Assembly: GCA_019058295.1 (NCBI GenBank)
Contig: JAHPZI010000021.1
Span: 192,001-256,000 of the forward strand
Direction of reading: 5' to 3'
DNA: 64,000 bases
From: Promethearchaeota archaeon
GTDB lineage: Archaea; Asgardarchaeota; Lokiarchaeia; Sigyniarchaeales; SOKP01
Under the pieces are notes generated by a model. It searched no databases, was not told the DNA's origin, and was given only the letters and a program-made list of their open reading frames with translations. The position numbers and the translations under genes were made by a program. The number at the start of each line of letters is the position of its first letter. Position 1 is the stretch's first letter. Below, one piece after another: positions 27,972 through 38,701 of this stretch.

Positions 27972-29735
27972 TTATTTGTGTGAGTAATAACAAAATAATT
28001 CTCTATGTTCTAACTTGACTGGATTGACAAACGCGTACCGTTCCAGTTGTATAGTCTTATTCATTGGAATTTTGAGTAAGTTTATTTCGCCATAACCATT
28101 AGAAATTGAACCATCCGGCTTAAGAATTTGCACATTTATTTTTTCATCTTCGGGAACCCAATGAATAATGGAATAATCTCGATTTAATTCTAAACTATGG
28201 TAATAGGCTTTGATGTTTTTATTTTTTAAATCCACAGAGAGAATCTGAATATTTACACAATCTTTTAGGCGAATAATTTCTCCCGCTTTTAACTTCTTTG
28301 CATCTGATGAAGCAATAAAAATCTTTAATTGTTTATCCTTAGATTTTCCTTTAATTATTCTTTTTCCCTTTTCAGGACTGGAGGGTAATAGGAAGGGTTC
28401 TGCTATATATTCCTCAAATGGGACCTCATCGATCTCAATTAAAATTGGATCTTCAACGAAAAAATATCTATCTGAAATCTCATCAATTATATCCTTATTT
28501 TTTGAATAGAGCCAATTAACTGAAAATGTTATTCCTGTCATTGACATGCCAAGGTCTAATAATGCTTCTTTTAGAGCTTCAGGACGTATCCCCCGCTTTT
28601 TTAGAGATTGTAAACTCCATGTTCTTGGATCATCCCAACCTTTATATAGACCATTTTGGATATTATTTCTCGCGGAAGTTTTGCTTAATTTTATATCTGG
28701 GAAATTTATTCTGCCATAATGAAGAAATTCCGCTTTTTTCCATTTAAAATGTTCCCAAATAAAGTCTTCTATAAAATCTTCCTTTATTAAATCTGCTCCA
28801 CGTAAAATATGTGTGACCCCGATAAGATGATCATCGATTGCCCAGGAAAACTCTAACATAGGCCACACGATATATTTATTTCCGACTTTTGGATGTTCTG
28901 CCTCAGATATTCTCATAATAATTTGGTCTCTTAATGCGGGATCTTTTTGATCCATTCCCGTTTTTAATCTAACAACAGCATCTTGTTCATGATACTTCCC
29001 ATTAAGCATTTTATTCCATTCTTTCAAATTAATTTCTATCGATTGTTCTCTATGCGGGCAATTCTCTTTTTTATTTTTATATTTTTCTTTAAATTTTTTG
29101 GCAGAACAGAAGCAAACATATGCTACATCATCTTTTATTAGTTTCTCGGTATACTCGTAGAAAATGTCTATCCTATCGCTTTTATAATATACTTTTGAAT
29201 ATTTAACACCAAGCCATTCTAATCCTTCTTTTATTAAATCGTAAGCTTCAGGAAGTACATATTTTGCCTTAGGACTGTCTCTTAATGATTTTGGACTTCC
29301 TATGGTATCGTCATAGAATAGAATTAGTTCACCACCATGTCTCTTAACATATTCATTATTTAAAACAATCATTCTTGCATTACCAATATGTAATGCCCCG
29401 CTAGGATAAGGAGCTAAACGCATTATAACTTTATCATAATTATCTACATTAGGTAATGTAGGAAGCTCTTTTTTTTCTTCAATTTTTTCCTTTTTTTCTA
29501 AGGCTTTCGGGTCTAATTGTAATAATTTTCCTTTTTGTTCTTCAAGGCTTAATTTGGAAATTTCCTCAATAATTTGATCTAATACAGGAATAACAGTTTT
29601 GGCTTTAGATCTTAAATCTTTTCTTTTCGCCATTAACTTTCCCATAATAGCCTTTTTATTAGGCTTTCCACCAAATTCTATAGCATTTTTTAAACCGCTA
29701 ATCCAAAGAATCTTTTTTATCTCTTCATCATCCAT
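27972..29735 (-). CDS. gltX: Glutamate--tRNA ligase (archaeal type)
   Basis: RLAPYPSGALHIGN, THILRG, LSKT and WDDPRTWSL. Confidence 0.95.
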   Translation of the reverse strand: MDDEEIKKILWISGLKNAIEFGGKPNKKAIMGKLMAKRKDLRSKAKTVIPVLDQIIEEISKLSLEEQKGKLLQLDPKALEKKEKIEEKKELPTLPNVDNYDKVIMRLAPYPSGALHIGNARMIVLNNEYVKRHGGELILFYDDTIGSPKSLRDSPKAKYVLPEAYDLIKEGLEWLGVKYSKVYYKSDRIDIFYEYTEKLIKDDVAYVCFCSAKKFKEKYKNKKENCPHREQSIEINLKEWNKMLNGKYHEQDAVVRLKTGMDQKDPALRDQIIMRISEAEHPKVGNKYIVWPMLEFSWAIDDHLIGVTHILRGADLIKEDFIEDFIWEHFKWKKAEFLHYGRINFPDIKLSKTSARNNIQNGLYKGWDDPRTWSLQSLKKRGIRPEALKEALLDLGMSMTGITFSVNWLYSKNKDIIDEISDRYFFVEDPILIEIDEVPFEEYIAEPFLLPSSPEKGKRIIKGKSKDKQLKIFIASSDAKKLKAGEIIRLKDCVNIQILSVDLKNKNIKAYYHSLELNRDYSIIHWVPEDEKINVQILKPDGSISNGYGEINLLKIPMNKTIQLERYAFVNPVKLEHRELFCYYSHK

Positions 29736-29897
29736 TAATGTTACTCATCTTATTAGATATTTTAATGAAATTATTAACCAAATTTTAAACAATATATAAT
29801 TAATATTATCTATCAAAAAATTATTAAGAATTTTTAAATATGAATAAAAAAACACAAATATAATAAAAGAAGATATAATAAAAATAGGTGTTTTAAA

Positions 29898-30182
29898 ATT
29901 TATTATCGAGGATATATTCTAGTCCGTCTAAAAATCATTGGTACTGAATGGAAAGTAGTGGAAAAATTGAAAGGTTTAAAATCCACCGACCCTGGTGAAA
30001 ATTGGATGGTAACATATTCTACACCAGTCTATGGTGGATGGGATCTGATTATCGAATGCTCATTTAGTAATCTTCAAGATTTAGATAAAATTGTTACTTT
30101 TTGTAGAGTTGATGATGAACTTGGTCAATGGATAGAAGAAACAACTACATTAGTTTCATCGCGTCCTGATTGGACAAAATAA
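29898..30182 (+). CDS. Lrp/AsnC C-terminal (RAM)-like domain protein; probable ATT start at 29898
   Basis: In-frame upstream YYRGYILVRL supplies the first beta strand; PVYGGWDLII...ETTTLV. Confidence 0.65.
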   Translation: MYYRGYILVRLKIIGTEWKVVEKLKGLKSTDPGENWMVTYSTPVYGGWDLIIECSFSNLQDLDKIVTFCRVDDELGQWIEETTTLVSSRPDWTK

Positions 30183-30326
30183 ATTTTACAATTTTTTTAA
30201 CTATTTTTAATTTATGTAAAGTATATATAATAAATTAAAGAGAATAGATTACTATAGGAATGTCTTAGTATTCAAACTCGTTTTCCCAAAAGATTAGGCG
30301 GGATATAAATTAAAATTCTTTTATTT

Positions 30327-31859
30327 TTGATTATTATGAGCGAAAAAATGAATGTTTTGTTTATAGTATGCGACGCAAATCGATCAGATCATTTAGGCTG
30401 TTATGGAAATCAAATTTTAAAAACACCAAATCTGGACAAATTAGCGGATGAGGGTATACGATTCACAAACTGCTTTTGTACAAATCCAATATGCATGCCA
30501 AATCGTGCGACGATGATAACAGGTTTATATCCAAATGTCCACGGTGTGCGGAGTAATGGAATTAATTTACGAGAGGATATCCCAACCATAATAAAGACTT
30601 TACAAAAGCGTGGATGGCATACAGCAGCTATGGGAAAAATTCATCATCAATTTTGGATGGCTCCATTTAAGCTTAAATATAAGTCTGCAGAAAGTCTTGT
30701 TAGTTGGGTGGAAAATACTGGAAAAGATCCAGTAAGGAACAATTTTCCTCTTCCTTATTATGGATATGAAGAGGTAGAAGTGATTTCAGGCAATGGCTCA
30801 GTTTGCGCCGGTCATTATACTGAATGGTTAGAAGAACGAGCTCCAGATATCGCTGAGGATATGAAAAAAAGGGTTAAAAATTATGATAATCTTTTCAGTC
30901 TTTTCTGTAAAGAGATACCTGAAGAATTTTATAATACTACATGGGTTAAAGAACGAACACTAGCATTTCTTGAAAGATATGCTCGAGGAGACTATGGAAA
31001 TAAACCATTTTATTTGCATTGTTCATTCCCCGATCCTCATTATCCTTTATATCCACCAAAGAGATTCCAAGATATGTATAACCCAGAGGATATTCCACTT
31101 CCGACCAATTTCGATGATATCACTAATTTATACAACCATGAATATTTAGGACAGCATCTAAAAAAGCCACCATTTAAAAAAGCCTTTATACGCGAGTCGA
31201 CAGAAGATGAGGTAAGGAAGATTACAGCTTTAACTTACGCTTCAATTGGATATGTAGATGCTTGTATAGGCCAAATTTTAGCGTCTTTAGACAACTTAGG
31301 CTATGCAGATAACACTATAGTAATCTATACGAGCGACCATGGAGATTTAATGGGAGATCACGGGTTATTATTCAAGGGTCCTTGCCCTTTTAATGGTGTA
31401 TTGCAATTACCAATGATATGGAAAGTGCCTGGTCTAATAAAACCTGGAAGTGTTTCAGACTCATTAGTGAGTTCAATTGATTATCCAAAGACAATTCTAA
31501 ATCTCTTAAAGATTCCAGAACATCACCATCCTCCAGATATGCAAGGTTTTGATATGACACCAATTTTAAAAAACTCTAATGAAAGAATAAGAGATTATTG
31601 TTTAATAGAGAATGATGAAGAAATTGGACCTCTCATCTCCAGATTAAGACACCTGATTACTGAAAACTACAAGTTAACAATATATGAAGGAATGGAGAAT
31701 TTTGGAGATATTTATGATCGTAAAAAGGATCCTGAAGAATTACATAACTTATGGTATGATAAGGATTTTAAAGAAAAGCGATTCGAATTGGTTAATAAAT
31801 TACTTCAAGAAAACCTTAAAGCACAGAGTAAATATCCAAAACGGATTGCTGGAACTTAA
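30327..31859 (+). CDS. Cys-type (formylglycine-dependent) sulfatase
   Basis: CMPNRATMITG (CxPxR), GKIH, DPHYP and SDHGD. Confidence 0.93.
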   Translation: MIIMSEKMNVLFIVCDANRSDHLGCYGNQILKTPNLDKLADEGIRFTNCFCTNPICMPNRATMITGLYPNVHGVRSNGINLREDIPTIIKTLQKRGWHTAAMGKIHHQFWMAPFKLKYKSAESLVSWVENTGKDPVRNNFPLPYYGYEEVEVISGNGSVCAGHYTEWLEERAPDIAEDMKKRVKNYDNLFSLFCKEIPEEFYNTTWVKERTLAFLERYARGDYGNKPFYLHCSFPDPHYPLYPPKRFQDMYNPEDIPLPTNFDDITNLYNHEYLGQHLKKPPFKKAFIRESTEDEVRKITALTYASIGYVDACIGQILASLDNLGYADNTIVIYTSDHGDLMGDHGLLFKGPCPFNGVLQLPMIWKVPGLIKPGSVSDSLVSSIDYPKTILNLLKIPEHHHPPDMQGFDMTPILKNSNERIRDYCLIENDEEIGPLISRLRHLITENYKLTIYEGMENFGDIYDRKKDPEELHNLWYDKDFKEKRFELVNKLLQENLKAQSKYPKRIAGT

Positions 31860-31865
31860 TTAAAT

Positions 31866-33158
31866 TTATCGCATCTCTCGCTTTAACTTTTTTACCAATT
31901 CTTTCAGTTCTTTGGCACCATTAAGGTAACTATTCTTTGCGATAAAGGAAGGTTCTTCTTTTGCTTGTCTTTTAAAGATATTTGCTTTTAGAGCATAGGT
32001 TTCTAAAAGAATATCTTTTTCAATTAAATTACTTCCCTTAATTATAATATCAAGGATATGTAAGGCTAGTTGAAGCTTGCCATTTTCATGCAGATTTTTG
32101 GCATGATTAAGATATGTTTTTGCATCGTTTATTTTTAAGAATTCCTTAGCAATGTCTTCTGATTTTGCAGGGAAAAGATCAGTCGGATTTCCAGTATTAT
32201 ACCAACCATGATAAAGTCTGTAGGTGGCATGTATAGCAAATCGGTAGCAACCATAGGTGGGCCTTAAAAATTCGTGATTCTTAAATTTATCTGGATAAAT
32301 TTCAAGCATCTCATGATATATCTGTTCAAACCATTTTCCCTCATTCATCCTTTTAACTACTTCATCATGGACAAAGTGCATTGCTTCAGCTCTGATTGAT
32401 AAGGCCTTTTTAACATTTTCTTTACCTTCATAAAGTTGTCCATGACCAGGTAGGATATATTCGGCATCCTTCTCCAACATTTTTTCCATAGCCAGAGCCC
32501 AGTGCTTTGGATAGCGTTGGACTTTGTTTGGGTTGCCTATGTTCGGAAACCCTGGATTCATGCACAGGTCGCCAGAGAAAATAACTTTCTTTTCGGGGAA
32601 AAACAACCATAAGCTATCATCTGTTTCACCCTTATCGTGATAAACCTCAAAATTATATTTTCCTAATTGAAAGGAATAAGAGGCATCATTCCCAATAAGA
32701 ACGATTGTTGGATCAAGCGTATCGTGAGCTGAAACAATACCCTCTCGTTGTTTAACGCCTGCAGAAGCAAATTGTTGACTGTTTAACCAAATATGATATT
32801 TATCTAATAGTCGATATTTTTCAAATCTCTCTAAAATATTTTCGTGGCCAATTACTTGGGGCATTTCCCAGCCTTTTTCTTTAATTTCCTCTATAATCGA
32901 AGCGAATCCAAAGGCATGATCAAAATGCCCGTGTGAGTAAATAATATATTTTACAGGTTTATCAGAAAATTCTCGAAGCTCTTTAAATATAATTTTATGA
33001 AATTGTCTTGGTGCTATATCAAAAAGTATCAACCCTTCATCAGTTTCTATAACACCAACATTACCAAAAGAGGGCAGAATTTTACATGTTCCATCCGCAA
33101 ATGTTTTAGGTGGAAAATTTCCCATAAAATTATTCATATCTTCTTTAGTTGTATTCAT
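31866..33158 (-). CDS. Alkyl-sulfatase-like MBL-fold hydrolase
   Basis: YSHGHFDHAFG, GETDD, PNIGNP.KVQRY, LPGHG and YHGWY.GNP. Confidence 0.85.
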   Translation of the reverse strand: MNTTKEDMNNFMGNFPPKTFADGTCKILPSFGNVGVIETDEGLILFDIAPRQFHKIIFKELREFSDKPVKYIIYSHGHFDHAFGFASIIEEIKEKGWEMPQVIGHENILERFEKYRLLDKYHIWLNSQQFASAGVKQREGIVSAHDTLDPTIVLIGNDASYSFQLGKYNFEVYHDKGETDDSLWLFFPEKKVIFSGDLCMNPGFPNIGNPNKVQRYPKHWALAMEKMLEKDAEYILPGHGQLYEGKENVKKALSIRAEAMHFVHDEVVKRMNEGKWFEQIYHEMLEIYPDKFKNHEFLRPTYGCYRFAIHATYRLYHGWYNTGNPTDLFPAKSEDIAKEFLKINDAKTYLNHAKNLHENGKLQLALHILDIIIKGSNLIEKDILLETYALKANIFKRQAKEEPSFIAKNSYLNGAKELKELVKKLKREMR

Positions 33159-33275
33159 TATTGTTTCCCTTATTAGTATTAATTAACATTTAATTGATAG
33201 ATTGTTTAATCTTTCATTTTTTATATCTATTTTTTGAGAAAGACAAACATATGTAATATTGATTAAATAAAAAAA

Positions 33276-34241
33276 TTAGGATTTTGATAACATTCTAACG
33301 GATTCTTCAGCTTCTTTCATAATACGCTCAATTAATTCTTTAACCGTAGGGATATCGTTAATTAGCCCAACACCTTGACCGCAAGCAATGATTCCAGCTG
33401 TTAAATCGCCCTCTTCGTACATCAATTTTGATTTAGCTCCTGCCGCAGCATTGAATATCTCCGATTGATCACCTTTCGATGCTTCTATTTCGAGCACTCT
33501 TTGAGCTGCCTTGTTACTCCAGACTCTATGTGTTGCTCCGATAGTTCTCATAATTATAGATGTATCGTAGATCGTGGCACTCAGAAGAGCTTGTTTTAGA
33601 TTTTCATGGATCGGACATTCTTTTGTGGTCAGAAGACGTGTACCTATTAAACCTCCCTCTGCTCCTAATGCTAGTATCGCAACTAATCCTCTTCCATCTG
33701 AAATACCTCCTCCTCCCACAACGGGAATATCTATTGCATCAACAGTGGCGGGGGTTAATACAAGAGTTCCGATATCAAACTTTCCTGTGGCTCCACCATT
33801 TTCCCAACCGACGACCTCAACAATATCGGCTCCAAGAGAAGCTGCTTTTTTTGCATATCTTACACCAGCACATTTATGGATCCATGTTATATCATTTTTT
33901 TTGAAAAGAGGGATGTACTTTTCAGGTGCTTGATGACCAGATGTTTCAATAATTTTGACCCCTTCCTCAATCATGGTTTTAACTAAATCAATTTGCTTTA
34001 CGGGTTTTAACATGGGAAATAAATTTAGATTTACTGCAAATGGTCGATCAGTTAAACTCATAAGTTCTCTAAGAGCCTCACGTAAGGGTTCAGGTTTGCG
34101 AAACATTACTGATGCCATTATTCCGAGCGCACCGGAATTTGAACATGCAGCAGCAAACTCTGGATATGAGATATTCATCATATTACCGCAAAAGATAGGA
34201 TACTTTAAATGTAACATTTCTGTTACTCTTGTTTTAAACAT
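33276..34241 (-). CDS. Nitronate monooxygenase / FabK-like flavoprotein
   Basis: KTRVTEML...YPI, PFAVN, GGISDGRG and GTRLL.TKEC. Confidence 0.88.
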   Translation of the reverse strand: MFKTRVTEMLHLKYPIFCGNMMNISYPEFAAACSNSGALGIMASVMFRKPEPLREALRELMSLTDRPFAVNLNLFPMLKPVKQIDLVKTMIEEGVKIIETSGHQAPEKYIPLFKKNDITWIHKCAGVRYAKKAASLGADIVEVVGWENGGATGKFDIGTLVLTPATVDAIDIPVVGGGGISDGRGLVAILALGAEGGLIGTRLLTTKECPIHENLKQALLSATIYDTSIIMRTIGATHRVWSNKAAQRVLEIEASKGDQSEIFNAAAGAKSKLMYEEGDLTAGIIACGQGVGLINDIPTVKELIERIMKEAEESVRMLSKS

Positions 34242-34372
34242 TTTACAACACCTATAGAATTTGATTTTATAAAAAATGGTTTTTTCTGTTAATTCTAATT
34301 ATTTTGTTAAATTATAAAACATTAACTATTATAATTTAAATCTTGATATAATATGGAATATTTCTAAAGAAC

Positions 34373-35503
34373 ATGCAAAAATTAACTTCTAAAGATTACT
34401 ATGATAAAGTTTTAGGATCATGGATAGGGAGAGTTGCGGGAGATTTTGTAGGTGAACCTGTTGAATTTTGGCCTTATGAAACAATTATAGAGAAGCATGG
34501 TGATATTGATTATTATCTCAAGCCTATAGACCTTAATTATGTTAATGATGATGAAATGTACGAGATCTGTGCGTTAGTTGCTCTTGAAAAACATGGGATT
34601 AATATTACAGCAAAGGAAATTGCTCAGGAATGGATTGATCTCCTTTATAAATTTAATTTCACCGCAGAGGAAGTTGCTCTGAAAAACCTTAGAAATGATA
34701 TTTGGCCACCTAATTCTGGGATGCATAATAATATTTATTATGATGCAATCGGAGCGCAGATGCGGGCAGATATTTGGGGACAAATTGCTCCAGGATGCCC
34801 AGAAATTACTAAAAAATATGCTGAAATGGATGCTTCAATAAGTCATGCGGGTATTGGTATTGATGGGGAAGTTTTCGTAGCAATTTTACTCTCTCATGCA
34901 TTTATTGAAAATGATATAAGAAAAAATATCGAAATGAGTCTAAAATTCATACCCTCCGCTAAAGAAAATTTTTATACTCAGATGGTCCATAAAGCATTGG
35001 AAATTTATGATCAATTTCCCGAAGACTTTAGAAAAGCAAGGGAAAAATTGATTGAATATTGGAATCATGTAAGAAAAAAGGAATTACCTATTACAGGAGT
35101 ACCGGGTTCTAAATCAGAAAGTTTGCTATTAAGAAAAAGAAGAATGTTCTTATACAAATACCAGAGAGCGGGCGTCCATGTTTTACCTAACATTGGGATA
35201 ATGATCCTTTCTTTACTATATGGGGCTCAAGATGAGGATTCTCTTGGAAAATCTATTTGTACAGCTGCCATGATGGGGCTTGATACTGATTGTAATTGCG
35301 GAAATATAGGTGCTATTTTAGGTGCTCAATTGGGGGCAGATAAAATTCCCTCCAAATGGAAAGATCCTTTGCAAGATACGTTTTCTACTTATGTAAAAGG
35401 ATATGAAAAATGGAAAATTACTGAATTAGCTAAAAGAATTACTGAAATTGGAAAAAAAGTTGTTAGAGAAAAATGTCAAGATAAAATTAAAATAATTGAG
35501 TGA
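34373..35503 (+). CDS. ADP-ribosylglycohydrolase-family protein
   Basis: GDFVGEPVE, NDD, GAQMR and DTDCNCGNIGAILGA. Confidence 0.85.
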   Translation: MQKLTSKDYYDKVLGSWIGRVAGDFVGEPVEFWPYETIIEKHGDIDYYLKPIDLNYVNDDEMYEICALVALEKHGINITAKEIAQEWIDLLYKFNFTAEEVALKNLRNDIWPPNSGMHNNIYYDAIGAQMRADIWGQIAPGCPEITKKYAEMDASISHAGIGIDGEVFVAILLSHAFIENDIRKNIEMSLKFIPSAKENFYTQMVHKALEIYDQFPEDFRKAREKLIEYWNHVRKKELPITGVPGSKSESLLLRKRRMFLYKYQRAGVHVLPNIGIMILSLLYGAQDEDSLGKSICTAAMMGLDTDCNCGNIGAILGAQLGADKIPSKWKDPLQDTFSTYVKGYEKWKITELAKRITEIGKKVVREKCQDKIKIIE

Positions 35504-37131
35504 TTGTAATGAGTTTAGATTTAATTATAAGGAATGGTACAATAGTAGATGGTACAGTAAATCCGGGTTATCAATCAGATATAGGTATTTCCAAAGGTAA
35601 AATTATGAATATAAAACCCAGTCTTACTGCAAAAGCAGAAAAGGAGATTGATGCGACAGGTCATATCGTATGTCCAGGATTTATAGACATGCATTCCCAT
35701 ACAGATTTGGTACTTATTCTTTTTCAGAAAATGCAATCGTCAATCTTTCAAGGAATTACGACATCAGTTGTTGGAATGTGTGGTACTGGTCTTGCACCTG
35801 TACATCCTGATAAAATTGAAGAATTTAAAAGTATCTTTAGGAGTTATATACCCCCTGGAATAGATATTAAAATTGAATGGAATTCTTATAGGGAAATGCT
35901 CGAAAGAGTGGAGAGATATCGCTGTCCAGGAAATCTTGCTTTTGTAGTAGGTTACGAGAATATAAGGATCGCTGGAGGACAAGGTACCGAAAATAGACCT
36001 CCAACTAAAGAAGAATATGAGGCAATGAAAGATTATGTGAGAGAGGCAATGGATGCTGGTGCTTTTGGAATGAGCACAGGTCTGATTTACGCACCACAAG
36101 TTTTTGCCACTACTGAAGAATTAATCGAATTATCAAAAGTAGTTGCGGAATATAAAGGGCTTTATTTTTCCCATATTCGCAATGAAGGAGGAAAAGTAGT
36201 TGAGGCTGTTAAAGAATTTATTGAAATTGTAGAGAAATCAGGTTGTGCGGGAGGGGAAATAGCGCATCATAAAGTTGCTGGAAGGACATATTGGGGGCTA
36301 AGTAAGAAAACATTGGAGTTAATTGACGAAGCTAATAAGCGTGGGTTAAGCATAACTTGCGATTCATATCCCTATACTAGAGGAATGTCAACTCTTGTTA
36401 CGGCTCTTCCGCCATGGGTACATGAAGGTGGTATTGAAAAAATTTTGGAGCGGTTAAAAGACAAATCTTTACGAGAGAAAATAAAAAAGGATATTGAAAA
36501 GGGTTTAGAAGGCTGGGAGAATTGGATTCAAGTTAATGGTTTTGATCATATCTATATATCTTTTTGTAAGACAGATAAGTGGAGAGATGTAAGTGGTAAG
36601 AACATTTCTGAAATTACAAAGATGAAAGGAATGGAAGATGATTGGGAGACATTTTTCGAAATCTTAATAGATGAAAATGCAGGTATATCAATAACTATTG
36701 AAAGCCAAGGTGAGGAAGATATTACAAGAATCATGAAAAGTAAATATCAGATGGTTGGAACCGATGGTATGGCAATTCCGAAGATCTCTGCCTTACCAGC
36801 TTTACATCCTCGTTTATATGGGACTTATCCAAAAGTCTTTGAGAAATATGTTCGAGAGAAAAAAATCTTGACCTTGGAACAAGCTATTCGCAAAATGACT
36901 TCCTTCCCAGCTGAACGATTAGGATTAAGGGATCGAGGCATTTTAAAAGAAGGTATGGCTGCCGATATTGTAGTATTCAATCCAAATACTATTAGAGATA
37001 ATTCAACTTATCTAGATACTCATCAATATCCTGATGGAATTCCATATGTCATAGTAAATGGAGAAATAGTTGTTGAAAAGGGAAAACAACTTCGAAATTA
37101 TCCAGGAAAAGTGTTGCGTCGTCCCACTTAA
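35500..37131 (+). CDS. N-acyl-D-amino-acid deacylase (amidohydrolase)
   Basis: PGFIDMHSH, GMSTGLIYAP, SHIRNEG and HPRLYGTYP. Confidence 0.9.
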   Translation: MIVMSLDLIIRNGTIVDGTVNPGYQSDIGISKGKIMNIKPSLTAKAEKEIDATGHIVCPGFIDMHSHTDLVLILFQKMQSSIFQGITTSVVGMCGTGLAPVHPDKIEEFKSIFRSYIPPGIDIKIEWNSYREMLERVERYRCPGNLAFVVGYENIRIAGGQGTENRPPTKEEYEAMKDYVREAMDAGAFGMSTGLIYAPQVFATTEELIELSKVVAEYKGLYFSHIRNEGGKVVEAVKEFIEIVEKSGCAGGEIAHHKVAGRTYWGLSKKTLELIDEANKRGLSITCDSYPYTRGMSTLVTALPPWVHEGGIEKILERLKDKSLREKIKKDIEKGLEGWENWIQVNGFDHIYISFCKTDKWRDVSGKNISEITKMKGMEDDWETFFEILIDENAGISITIESQGEEDITRIMKSKYQMVGTDGMAIPKISALPALHPRLYGTYPKVFEKYVREKKILTLEQAIRKMTSFPAERLGLRDRGILKEGMAADIVVFNPNTIRDNSTYLDTHQYPDGIPYVIVNGEIVVEKGKQLRNYPGKVLRRPT

Positions 37132-38279
37132 TATTTCCCAAATTCTTGTATAGCTTTATAAAGTGCAACAATATTTTCTGGTGGTTGATCTAATAGAAAA
37201 TTGGTAGGGCCTGGAATATAACCTCCTTTTTTACCTAAAGTCTGTATACTTTTTTTAACTGAATTTCTTACGGATTCAGGCGATTCATAATTTAACATTT
37301 CTGAATCATCAATTGTTCCAACGAGAGTAATTTCTGGGTATTTTTCTCGATACATTGAGAGATCATTATTTTTTGGTTTTAAAGATTCTACACCATCAAT
37401 GCCAATTTCAACAAAATCCGGAAAAATTTCGTGAAGATTTCCACAACTGTGTAATATGAATTTAGCACCCCCATCGTGAGCCATTTTTACGTAATTAGCT
37501 AATATTGGTTTGATAAATTTGCGCCAATGTTCCGCAGGCATTTGGAGACCTATGTTATATCCATAGTCATCTCCACACATTACAACCTCAGGTTTAGTTT
37601 TCATTATCATTTTCATCAATGGCTCTTCCATGGTTTCCCATTGAAATTCAATATGTTGTTGAAGGTAACTTGGGTCCTTTCTGGCAAAACGCGCAAAATT
37701 TGCATGTCCAATTCCAAAAATACAATTTTCGAATGGACCAGGTTGACCTTGAGAAACTACAATATCATATTTTTTTAACATGTTCCTTCGAATTTTAGCA
37801 AAGTTACTAACACTATCCTGACTCGGTCTTAAATCGTTTGCTTTACTCCAATATTCTTCAATATTTTCTTTTTTTAAAAGTGCAGGACCTGAGAACCACC
37901 AGTGTGGAATTCCCTCATCACGAATAACAACCTTGAAATAGCCCCCATTGTTAATAACATAATCATTTAAGGTTTCTAATTTTATCGGTAATCCTGTTCC
38001 AGTGGTTCGCCAACATAAATCAATCTTTGCGTCTAAACCTCCTGGTAATATCTCAGGTGGAGAGAACTTTGCTATAATTGCATACATAAACGGAGGAGTA
38101 TATGATACTTTATCCTTATCTAATTGTTTCATGTCCTCATCAGTTAAAGCAAACGGAGATTTCATGAATTTGTCAATAAAATCAAAGTCTCCACCTAAAC
38201 AAAAACTTGGAACTCTATCGGGAATTTTTCCCTCTAAAACCGTTAAGATTCTCTCAAGAGCAGACATTTTTTCCGTCAT
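37128..38279 (-). CDS. Uroporphyrinogen decarboxylase / MtaA-CmuA superfamily protein
   Basis: DDYG, LHSCG and GGYI. Confidence 0.8.
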   Translation of the reverse strand: MTEKMSALERILTVLEGKIPDRVPSFCLGGDFDFIDKFMKSPFALTDEDMKQLDKDKVSYTPPFMYAIIAKFSPPEILPGGLDAKIDLCWRTTGTGLPIKLETLNDYVINNGGYFKVVIRDEGIPHWWFSGPALLKKENIEEYWSKANDLRPSQDSVSNFAKIRRNMLKKYDIVVSQGQPGPFENCIFGIGHANFARFARKDPSYLQQHIEFQWETMEEPLMKMIMKTKPEVVMCGDDYGYNIGLQMPAEHWRKFIKPILANYVKMAHDGGAKFILHSCGNLHEIFPDFVEIGIDGVESLKPKNNDLSMYREKYPEITLVGTIDDSEMLNYESPESVRNSVKKSIQTLGKKGGYIPGPTNFLLDQPPENIVALYKAIQEFGKY

Positions 38280-38281
38280 TC

Positions 38282-38647
38282 TTAGCCAGCAACACCCAAT
38301 AATTTTGCTAAAACTGTTAAAATCTCAAAATTATTCAATTTAACTTTACCTTCCGCAATTGCATCCCTTATCCCAGCTGGTCCTTTATAAAGTATTTCGG
38401 TAGAGAGAGCCAAATATTCATCACATTCAATATTATCTAAATCCTTAGGATCTTCTATATCTTCTAAAAGTTCGATTTCAAAATCTTGTTTATCAACCCT
38501 AACCATGAATGCTGGAGGAGAATCAGTTAAAAGCACAACTACTTTAAGTGGTAAATTCGGGAAAACTTTCTCTAATCTTCTAAAAGTTCGAAGAATCCAT
38601 AATGCAGAGTATATCATTGCTGGAAATCCTTCAAATAGAGGACACAT
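38282..38647 (-). CDS. SCP2 (sterol carrier protein 2)-like protein
   Basis: CDEYLALS...AIAEGKVKL pattern. Confidence 0.55.
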   Translation of the reverse strand: MCPLFEGFPAMIYSALWILRTFRRLEKVFPNLPLKVVVLLTDSPPAFMVRVDKQDFEIELLEDIEDPKDLDNIECDEYLALSTEILYKGPAGIRDAIAEGKVKLNNFEILTVLAKLLGVAG

Positions 38648-38701
38648 TTTTAGAATTTTTTAATTTAATTGGTTTTTAACCTTATAAAATAGGAGATATA
38701 T

